Shown here: positions 11,400 to 22,672 of the stretch, piece by piece | Layout: each line of letters begins with the position of its first letter | Position numbering within the stretch: position 1 is the stretch's first letter | Assembly (NCBI RefSeq): GCF_006345805.1 | Contig: NC_043006.1 | Location: 2,046,001-2,110,000 of the forward strand | From: Octopus sinensis | Lineage: Eukaryota | Direction: 5' to 3' | DNA length: 64,000 nt | Translations under genes and position numbers: made by a program | The notes under the pieces: generated by a model | Database searches by the model: none | The model's input: only the letters and a program-made list of their open reading frames with translations | What the model was told of the DNA's origin: nothing

Positions 11400-14300
11400 T
11401 TGTGCAAGTAGGACATTTGAGTAGTGGGTGGGGGGTGGGGGTCATCATTTACTTTTCGTTAATTAGATTGACACTAGACTAATGTCATCTCGCATACTTG
11501 TCAAGCAGACTACTCAGAATGACACCTGGACAATAATCAGCGGAATGTCTATTAGTGGTCTCAATGTTTGTTAAGTCCAGAATGTTCAACAAGTCAACAC
11601 AGCAACAATTACCAATGGAATTCTCTTCAATGGATCTAGAATTTGATTGATTTCCAATAATGTTTGATCTTCCTGACGAAGTTGTATCCTTAGTCTAGAC
11701 AGAGCCATTTTGGTCATCTGGGTATCTAATGTGAACACAAGGAGGAATGGCATCTGTTAGTTTAACCTTATCAACTTTAGTCTCATATTTATCACCACAG
11801 TTGAACCATCTAATCAAAACCTCTCCGGTATTGGAAAGCAATCTTGGTAAAAACTTTCACTGGTAAGTGATGTGAAAGACAAATAATCTTTCATGCGGCA
11901 TTGAGGCACCAGGTTTGTCACTGTGCAAATGAGAATTTTAGACAAACCATTCCATGCCTAATTATATGGATTGGTTCCCTTGTATTATTACATCGTTTCT
12001 CTGGCAGCTTTCTTCAATGAAGTGTAAGAGTTATTATTCTCCACAGTTCCATTGAACAGTTCTACATGACTGTTTCCTTCAGGATGGTGTGAAATTGTTT
12101 CAGTTTAAACAGTTTTATTGTTCTCCACAAAATGTACTGACATCTTGAAATAAAAACTAGGATCCTTGTTCTTAGTGAATTGAAATAAGAACACCAAACA
12201 CAAAGAACATATTTTAAGGGCAGGGAATTCCAGCCAGGGTTCTTATATTTGAACATGCAAACACAAGGGGAAGCTTTTAGCCATCAAAAAGTGGTAAGAG
12301 TTAGAAGATGGTAGAGAACCTTTGAAGTGAAATGCTCAAATGGCTGTGGATACAATCGGTGTTTTAATTTTGATATATTCATGAAGTTTCTTAATTTTCT
12401 TTTTACATCTTCCAAAGAAAATGGCCAGTTCTTAGACCTGACATAGTGCTGTCTTCAAGTTAAAAAATTTCATGTAAATTTATGATTCTAGGAGAAGATA
12501 TTATAGAAGAGCATCTGGTAAGCACATCAGCAGCTGTTACCTTTACCAGGTATGTGTTGTAGAATTGTAGAACGTTAATTCCATACAGCAGTGGAGGAGG
12601 TCTTGTCATTCTTCAATTTTTTTCTACTTTTGTGAATAAGATGACCTGTCAATCAGTGAGTAATGAGAACTAGTTTTGAAGTGAAAACGATTGCCATTTC
12701 CTTGCACTTTCTAGGATAGCTGTAGCTTCCTTTTCAATTGATGAGAGATTTTGTTCAGGGTCAGAGAGTATTATAAAGAAGAAAGCAACTGTGAAAGAGC
12801 AGACAAAATTGTAGTTGCAGAAGCATCACACCTGACATATCGGGGAATGTCAGGTAAGATAGGTGAGAGACATACAGAGAGAGGCATTAGCTGTTGATAT
12901 TTTGAGTAGAGGAACATTAACTGGATGTCTTTTTTTTTTTGGCAATGGGAAAAAAATAGTATTTAGTTGGTGTTGAATTAATTCTAAGAAACGGAACAGC
13001 GTTTTAGAGGAGGAGTTAGTGAAAGATGTTTAGTATAACTCGACATATGATAACTGAAGGTTTCAATCTTTCTACATTATCATCATCATCGTTTAACGTC
13101 CGTTTTCCATGCTAGCATGGGTTGGACGGTTCAACCGGGTTCTGGGAAGCCAGATGGCTGCACCAGGCTCCAGTCTGATCTGGCAGTGTTTCTACAGCTG
13201 GATGCCCTTCCTAACGCCAACCACTCCGTGAGTGTAGTGGGTGCTTTTTACATGCCGCGGGCACAGATGCCAGTCAAGATGGTGCTGGCAATGGCCACGT
13301 TCAGATGGTGCTTTTTATGTGCCACCGGCACAGATATCACAACTACTATTTCCATTGATATTTATTTCGATGTTCATGTACTTGACTCAACAGGTCCCCT
13401 CAAGCACAGCGGGACGTTCTGAAATCCAAGGTACTTTGAATGGGCAGGGGCTATGCTGAACTGGTGCAGGAAGCAGCCCAGGTCTTTGCAGTCACAGCAT
13501 ATCTCCAGAGATCTCGGTCCTTCGTCATTGCCTCTGTGAGGCCCAACGCTCTGAGGTCATGCTTGACCACCTCATCTCATGTCTTCCTGGGTCTACCTCT
13601 CCACCTGATACCTTCAACTGTTTGGGAGCGGCACTTCTTCACACATCTCTCCTCATCCATCCGCAGTACATGACCATACCATCGCAAGCGTCGCTCTTGC
13701 ACACCACATCTGATGCTTCTTATGTCCAGCATTTCTCTCCGAGAATTATTTTGTATCTAAAGTAAGAAATGAATGTTAAGATAGACATGAACTCATTTGA
13801 TATCCTTGTCAACAATAGCATTATCCATCACTTTGAAAAGCAAAGCATAACTGAAATAAGGGTCCATCTGTTTGAAATGTGTGTTCTTACTGTCATTGAG
13901 AGGCAGAATGTGATGGTCTGCAGCTTTCAGATAAAGTTTATAGAATTTATTGAAGGAAATTAAATGTACAGGATCTTCAATTTTAGCAAATTAATAAGCA
14001 TTAGAAATTAGTAGCAATTTATAATTTGTGGGTGGTCAATAACAAGGCATTCTTTACTACTGTTTTTTACTACTACTGTTGTGTTCACCAAGGAGGAAAA
14101 CTGGGGTCTCGTAATACCATCTTCAAGCAATAGTTTAGGATTAATTGGTTTCAAATCATTGTATAGGTGGGGGGAAATACAAGAAACAATCATCACCATA
14201 GAAACCAGTTGAACAACAGTTCCAGAAAGGCCTGGAGAAGGGAAGATTACTGGTAAGCGTCTGCATCTATTTTAGCAGCTTCCAGAGAATGAGCTTGTGT

Positions 14301-15300
14301 ATTACCTGTTACAAATTCAATGAAGAAACCTCAAAGACTTTTTGCCAAATATGGTCAGATGAAAATGGAAATCCATGCCTCTTAGTGCTTTTTTTTTTTA
14401 CATGATACGTCAACCGTTACAGCCCAGAATTCACAATGTCCAACAAGGCTGTGTAGAATTGTGAGTTTAGATTCAATATCTTTACCTGAATGTTCTTTCC
14501 CTACTGCGGTTCCGATCTGCAACAAGTTACATTTTGTTTTTTTAATGAAGATACAAAGAAGCCATTGCAATATTATAAGTTGATGCAGTCTGGTTGAAGA
14601 CTGCAGGTGGAAATAAAATGAATCCTTGGTTTTTTAGTTGAATCTTGAAAATTAACAACAAATCTTAGGAATGGAATTCTTCTGTGCATCCACACTGTGC
14701 TTGTATCTCAGGAAATGCCCCTCTCACAGTAATGCGAAGGAAAACTTTTTTTTTTCATTTTCATTGTTTTTTTCCCAAGTTCTAGCTAAATAAATTGTTG
14801 CAAAGCAGTTACTAAGATTAATTTTATTTTTGCTAAAATGTTCAAATTCAGTATTTGAAATATAAATGGGAATGTGTCAATTTTTATTGCAAATGGCTGT
14901 CTTCCAATTTTCAATCAAAGTATATCTAATGCTATCTGGACAGGAAGTGGTAATAAAGATTCCTTGGCAAAAATAGTAATAAACTCTCTTCCAACTTATT
15001 GGAAAGACACAGGATGCTATTTCGATTACCAATGAAAAGAAAATCTCCAGACACAGTCCATAATATATCATAGCAGAGGGTAATATAATTCTTGATCCAT
15101 GGTTTCTGAAATGCAAAATGGAATACTCTGACTAGGATGACATGGAAGAAACCAGCGACAACAACAATATCAACAACAATATAGATCCAGCTGTAACAAC
15201 ATTGTAATAGACAACTAAACACCAACAAACATCCTGAACCGCAAAGACTGATGAACACTAGACTTTATGACTTACATCCACAGCAAGGATCAGATTCGAA
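11400..15300 (-). mobile_element. decayed Ty3/Gypsy LTR-retrotransposon pol (RT, RNase H, integrase)
   Basis: Minus strand: LLEDGITRPQFSS..VVVK..CLVID (about 14130-14030) and LYLKAADHHI (about 13930) for RT; CDASA..LSQ, SSIEKEATAILESARKW, PGK..AADVLTR for RNase H (12860-12520); NGTVENNN for integrase (about 12040). The RT-RH-IN order indicates Gypsy. Outer boundaries approximate; LTRs not identified. Confidence 0.75.
13079..13740 (-). mobile_element. 5'-truncated RTE LINE (ORF C-terminus, 3'UTR and GAT tail) inserted in the Gypsy relic
   Basis: MLDIRSIRCGVQERRLRWYGHVLRMDEERCVKK...RGRPRKT*DEVV runs into the UTR and (GAT)n tail shared with many short copies. Confidence 0.88.
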
Positions 15301-16178
15301 ACAACCCACCTGACTCCTGGATTGGATGCTATGCCATCATGCTGCCTGTTCACAACTGTTAATGATACTCACTTTGCTAACTCCAAAAAGATGAAATGTT
15401 AAAACCAATCACTGGAAGACATGAGCTGTAGAACTACAAGAGTGGTAATAGTTCTAGTGTTACAACTAAAAGGACTAAAGCTGTACCAATAGCAAGTTCA
15501 TAACTCTCTGTACAAATATGATGTCTAAATGCTTAAAAGATATTAAATCTGTTACTAAACACAAAATTCAATGTTTCAATGTTTTCTTTTCTTCCAGACA
15601 AATTTTCAAAGTTTACCTGACATTTTCTGTTCGTTTTTATTAAAAATTTAGTTGTTGATATTTTATTATTTTGGGTTTAGTTGTGTAACAGTTGTTATTA
15701 TTGTGAAGGGGTGAATCCTAGTGGTTAGGGTATTTGGCTTATGATCACAAGGCTCTGAGTTCAATTCCTGGATAAGGAGGCATGTTGTGTGTTGTTGAAG
15801 GAGGGCCTTGTGTTTCATGTTGCTCCAGTTTACCAGTTGTAACGAAAACCAGCTGGGTGTGGGAGCTGCTCTTTCTCCCACCCCCCTCCTTTCACTTCCA
15901 GAATGTTTCACTGGGGCAGGAGTGAGGGGTATGATCAGGTGCCTCTGACTTCTCAGAGAGCCAGAGACACCTAAAAGACAATTAGGGAAAGCATGGTATG
16001 TGCTGCCAAGTCACACTCACTCACGAGTGATGGCTGGCTGTTCTTTGTATCAATCCTCCTCTCCTTCTCCTCTTCCTCTTCTCTCTCTCTCTCTCACTCA
16101 CTTTTCCTATCCTCTCCACTCCACTCCATCCGTATATGACTATAATGTGTTGTTACTTGCAAGATATGTTTTCTACAG

Positions 16179-16310
16179 ACTTCATAGATATCCAGTCAGA
16201 AGACCTTGTCCCTGGTGACTTGATTGAAGTGCCTCGATCCGGCTGTTTAATGCAGTGTGATGCAGTATTAATCAGCGGCAACTGCATTGTTAATGAAAGT
16301 GTGTTAACAG
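16179..16310 (+). CDS. ATP13A3-like: visible exon 1, A-domain ([14 protein letters not shown]...NESVLTG)
   Basis: ttttctacag acceptor, ACAG|gtatgc donor, phase 1/1, 132 nt. Confidence 0.93.
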
Positions 16311-16339
16311 GTATGCTCTTTTATTATATACAAATATAT

Positions 16340-16380
<41 letters not shown>

Positions 16381-17746
16381 AATTTTTAAAAAAACACCTT
16401 TTATCAATTCAATAATGAAAAATTAAATTATACCATCTAGAAAATTACATATTATAGAAATATTAAATATAAGATAAAACATAGACGATGATTAAGTAAT
16501 ATGCAAAATAATAAATAAAACGTATATATTTGGTAGAATAACGACACGTGTTTCGTGGCTGTATTTAAGAAATGATAATAGTAAAATAATAGTAGTTGTA
16601 GTAAAATCACTTCAATATATATTATTGTTATATATATTTATGTATATGTTGTGTGTGTTTGTGTGTTTATATTTTACTTTGTAATTTTTCCAAATGTAGA
16701 ATTATGGAAAGAAGTTCCTAGCTGGTCACATGAACATTGTGACATGGAAGTCTGGAATAGAATATGATTGTACTGGGTGGGGTAACTGTGGCACTTGCAC
16801 CAATGTGGTAGCCATGACCTCATTGTTATGTCAAGGACAATCCACCACTCTAGTGCTGATGCTGCTAGTACAATGGGTAAAGAGTAAGGCTGTTCTACGG
16901 CCTTTAGTCGTGTTGAGGCATGACACCTCTCTAGTGCTGGTGGCTCGAAAAGAAAAAAAAACACATGCACTGAGTAAAGGTGTTGGTGTTAAGGACATCA
17001 GGCTGTTGAAACCATGTAAAAAAAATGAATAATGAGATGTAGTCCTGCAGCTTTGTCTTGGCAAGCAGTGGAATACAGGCAAATTCACCATCAATTCACT
17101 GTGAAGAAAGTTCACCACGAGGAACGTTTAATGAGGAAATATATCCATAATATCTCACCATTAATAGTTAAAAACTATTTTATTGAGAGAAAAAATTGGT
17201 GAATCGATGACAGTGAACTTACCGGACATGGAGCAGTAACCCCCCCCCCCGGATATGTATTGAGTCTTACTGTGCCAACCCATTTTTCCCATGCCATGGA
17301 TTGAACTGGTCCTGTGATGGTGGTCATGGTCATGGTAAGGGCAACAAGGATCACCACTGCTTCGTCAGATTTTAGTTTTTATCTTTATAGAAAAAAAGTA
17401 CTCAATGAGTGTCAGAGCAAATCAGAGGATCGATACGCTTGAAATTGAAAATCGAAATAACAGCCCTCATGTAGGTTCATGCATAAATACATGTAGGAAA
17501 ATGACAGCCTGACATAAAGAAACTAAGGAATGTTCAGTTTCTGGTTCCCAACCGCTACTGGATTACCAGGATGTACGTATGCATGTACATCATCATCATC
17601 ATCATCGTCATCAACATCATCATTTTATGCCTGTTTTACACTCTGGTGCAGGATCCGGTGGTCAGAAAACTATATCCAGTGTTTCAGATTTTACAAGGTT
17701 TCTATAGCTGGATGCCCTTATTAACACCAACCATTTCATATAGAAT

Positions 17747-17780
<34 letters not shown>

Positions 17781-20700
17781 TATACTCGTATAAATAATAT
17801 ACTGTGTCATGCAAAAGCAAGAATCTCAATATTGTTGGAAATAGAGAACATTATTTATTGACCGATACAGTTATGGAGACTTTCATACAAGACTTTGAGT
17901 TTCTGTGTCAATGATAAGATAAACAGTGCACTTCTTTAGCTGTCGCAAGTTCAGTGGATCTGTTGTAGAAGACACTTGCCCAGTACTGTATGATAGAACC
18001 GATCCTGAAGTCACATGGTTGGGAAACAGACCTCTTAACCACACAGCCATGCCTGCCCCTCTAACACACACACACGCACTAATTACCAACACTTTTAACT
18101 AAAAATATATATTTAATATTCCCTGTTATACTCTGCAGCTTTATAATTGTTATTTATATATGTATATACGTATTTTCTTTCAATTTCATCTCAGGTGAAA
18201 GTGTGCCTGTCTTAAAGACTCCTCTTCCATATCCAATCCAAGCCCATAGTACTAATGAAAAGTTCAAGATGGACGATCACTCTCGCCATGTGTTATTCTG
18301 TGGTACGAGGGTCATACAGACCAGGTATTATGAGAATCAAAGAGTCCAAGCTGTCATTCTACGGACAGGTGAGAGCCAATTGTTATATTTTCGTGTTTGT
18401 GCAGTTCATTCCTCTTCCTTTCTCTTTATTTATTTATTTTATAGTCTATCTTTTTACAATTACCAATTCTGTTGCCAGGCAACGTCACTCGTTCGTAGCC
18501 CAGAGTTACTGCCCTTGCACTGTATTTTTACCTTAGAAAAAAACCCATAATTTTGTTTTCCACTCCTTCCCTCCCTCCCTCCCTCCAGTGCCATTTTACC
18601 AGAGATAATCCTAATCCAAGCGGGCACACCTGACAACCATGTAGCTATCAGATTTATGGGAAACTCTTCGTTATTTCATTTGTATGATGACTATAAAACT
18701 ATCTAGTCCCACTATGTTTATATACTGAATGTCCCCTTTTTTTGTTTGTGGCTGTGAACAACAACCAATCACAGAGATATAATTATTGTTAACGTTTTTC
18801 TCTTTCCTCCAGGGTTCTCAACTACCAAAGGAGAATTAACTCGATCCATTCTATTCCCAAAACCTATAGACATAAACCTCACCAAGGATACGTATATATT
18901 TATTTTAATCTTAAGCATTCTTGCTTTCATGGAATTTATCTACACAATTGTGATTATGGTAAGTTCTTTGGTTCGTGTGGTTATTACTGCTGTTTTATAA
19001 TAACTCACCATGTAGACACACACACACGCATGCACACGCATGCACGGACACACAGACACACGCAATGCACCTATGCACAAGATACTTTTCCACTAATGAG
19101 GGTGAATTTGGTAGATGGAAACTGAAAGAAGCCTTCCATACACACACATCTATGTGTGTGTTTGTGTCTTTGTTTGTTCCTCCACCATCGCTTGACAACC
19201 AATGTTGGTGTGTTTATATCCTTGTAACTTAGCACTTTGGTAAAAGAAACTGATAGAATAAGTACTGGGTTTACAAAGAATAGGTCTTGGGGTTCAGTCC
19301 TTTGACTAAAACCCTTTAAGGCAGTGCTCCAGCATGGCCACGATCAAATGACTGAAACAAGTAAAAGAATATATATATTTTACTTTTACCTTTACTTGTT
19401 TCAGTCATTTGATTGTGGCCATGCTGGAGCACTGCCTTTTAGTCGAACAAATTGACCCCAAAACTTATAAACTTATTCTTTGTAAGCCTAGTACTTATTC
19501 TATCGGTCTCTTTTGCCAAACTGCTAAGTTATGGGGACATAAGCACACCAACATTGGTTGTCAGCCGATAGTGGGCATACAAACACGGACACACAAATAT
19601 ATATATACATATATATATATATGTATGCATATGTATGTATGTATATATATATATATATATTCCCTTTAATTCGATCTCCACCATTCACTATCATTTCTTC
19701 CCCTGACTTACAGCGATGTCCATAAGCAAGCTAAGATTTATCCCTTCTTTTTCATACATGCATACATTTGTCTACCGTTTAAATGTTTTGAACTTATAAC
19801 CACCAATCTGCTTTGCTTTCCTTTTCTTTCTACATGCCACCCTAAAAACATCGCCATTCCCGCCCGTTTCTCTAAAGTTCAACCTTCGCATATTCCCTTT
19901 AATTCGATCTCCACCATTCACTATCATTTCTTCCCCTGACTTACAGCGATGTCCATAAGCAAGCTAAGATTTATCCCTTCTTTTTCATACATACATACAT
20001 TTGTCTACCGTTTAAATGTTTTGAACTTATAACCACCAATCTGCTTTGCTTTCCTTTTCTTTCTACATGCCACCCTAAAAACATCGCCATTCCCGCCCGT
20101 TTCTCTAAAGTTCAACCTTCGCATATTCCCGGTGCACCCGCCCTTGCCCACCCCCACCACCAATACCGGATATCTCTATATTTTTGTTCCATCTATACCG
20201 GATGTCGCTTCTCCCACCACCATTATAGGTGTCTACTCTTCGAACGCCCCTCTTCAACACGCTATTTCACCATGCATTACCCCTCTCTTGATATCCTACG
20301 TTCTACTTGCCTAGAACCTGTCATCATTTCTCTGAACCACCCTTCCCCACTGGTGCTCCCCTATATATTTCTGCACCCCCCCCCCCACATAAAAAGCACC
20401 ATCCGAACGTGGCCGATGCCAGACCCCTCTGGCACCTGTGCAGGTGGCACGTAAAAAACACCCACTACACTCGCGGAGTGGTTGGCGTTAGGAAGGGCAT
20501 CCAGCTGTAGAAACACTGCCAGACTAGACTGGAGCCTGGGGCAGTCCCGAGCTCCCCAGACCCCGGTCGAAACCGTCCAACCCGTGCTAGCGCGGAAAAC
20601 GGACGTTAAACGATGATGATGATGATGATGATGATGATATATGTATGCATATGTATGTATGTATATATATATATATATGTATGCATATGTATGTATGTAT

Positions 20701-22638
20701 GTATATATATATATATATATATATATGTATGCATATGTATGTATATATATATGTATACATATATATATATCTATGTATGTATACATATATATATATCTAT
20801 GTATGTATATATATATATATATATATAGGGGAGATTTAACAAAAGACGAAGACGGGTAGTGTAGACAACAAACAGATGTATTAGTATAACACTCAGGATG
20901 TGAAAAAGTCTTTAACATTTCGAGCCTATGCTCTTCCACAGAAAGGAACACAGAAAGAAACAGGGAGAGAGAATAAAAAAGGTTTAGTGGCTAGCAATCT
21001 ATCATGGTGAATGCTGGACAGAGGGGTCACGCAGGAGAGCTAGGAAGAAGGGGAGATAGTAAAGTAGTGGTGATCTCAAAATGAAGGTGTGCTTGCGTAT
21101 GTATAAGAGAGCATGTATGTGTGTGTGGAAGATGGCTGGTGACCTTGACGTGTAGGTGTGTGGATGTGAGGCTGGGAAGTGGTCAGTGCTAGTGTGTGCA
21201 TAGTGGTGTGATGTGGTGTGGTATGGTGGTGTGTAGTGTAGTGGTGTGTAGTATGGTGTGATGGTGTTGGGATGTGGAGGAGGAGAGAATGGGGAAAGCA
21301 TGGGTGGGGTATGTGGGAGTGGGTGTAAGGAATGGGATGGATAGGGAAGGTGGGGTTGGATTGCGTAGGGGTGGGGTTACAGGAGGGGGGTGATGATGAA
21401 GGGAGAAGGCGGGTAGGAGTGAAGAGAAGAGAGGAGGAAAGTAGAAGTGAAGAGGAGTTGGAGCAAGAGAGAGAGGTGGGTGGGAGGAAGTAGGTGTGAG
21501 AGGGAGATGTATATATATGTATGTATGTATGTATGTACATGTGTTGGCTGAGCGGTTCACGGAACACCTCCGTGACATCCGCCTTGCCAACGACATACCG
21601 GTCTCATGCCATTTCCGCTCCACCGGTCACTCCTTGCAACACCTGTCTGTGTTTGGTTTGTCCTTGCACAGAGGCCATCCGGATTCCCGTTTGCGCCGTG
21701 AACAGGAATTAATCTTCTCTCTTCGCTCTTTTACGCCATTTGGTCTCAACTCTCCCCCTCCTCATCTAACCCCCCTCTCCCCCTCCTCATCTAACCTCCC
21801 CCCGACCCCTACTTCTCTTCAGTCCTTCATCCTTTCACCCCTACTCCTCTTCCTTCTTTCTCTCTGTCTCCCTCTCCCCTCCTCTTCTTCCTTCTCCCCC
21901 TTCTCTCCCCTCCTCTTCTCCCCTTTCCTTCTCCCTCCTCACCCTCATCTCATCTCCCCCTCCCCCCTCATCTCTCTCCCCCTTGCCTCCCCCTCTTCCC
22001 CTCATCTCCTCTCTCTACACTACACCATATGACTTTACACATCACATCATATATACATACACACGTCCAGACCTCTCATACGCACTACATACTCTCTCAT
22101 ACACACACACACTCTTATGTTGGGGCGAGGTCATTTGACCCTGTTATCTCCCCTAATTTCGCTCTTGCGTCTCACGTTTGATCTTTGACTTCTGGCCGAA
22201 ATCAGATTGCCATGTTGATTTGCTAGCTCCTACATGCATTTTTTTTCTCTCCTTGTTTCTCTCCGTGTTTCTTTCTGTTGAAGAGCACAGGCTCGAAACG
22301 TAAAAGACTTGTTCTATTTCTATTCCTGAGCGCCACACTAATACAATTGTTTATTTGTACTCCACCTGCCTTCGTCTTTTGTTTATTTTCATAAAGCTTC
22401 CCGTTATATATATATACGTATGTATATGTATGAATGTATGTATATGTATATATATATATATACACTTATATATATATATATATACACACGTATGTATATA
22501 TATGAATGTATGTATATATATGAATGTATGTATATATATATGTATATGTATACATATGTATGTATATGTATACATATGTATGTATATGTATACATATGTA
22601 TGTATATATATATATATGTATGTATATATATATGTATG

Positions 22639-22672
<34 letters not shown>

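Noticed and set aside
16164-16178. Alternative in-frame acceptor (ttgcaag) adding DMFST to exon 1
   Set aside because: Poorer pyrimidine tract than ttttctacag, and the shorter form fits the family spacing; needs RNA data
21496-22032. 178-aa ORF as an independent gene
   Set aside because: Only the central 69 aa are meaningful (Penelope GIY-YIG remnant); the flanks are microsatellite and C-rich low-complexity sequence
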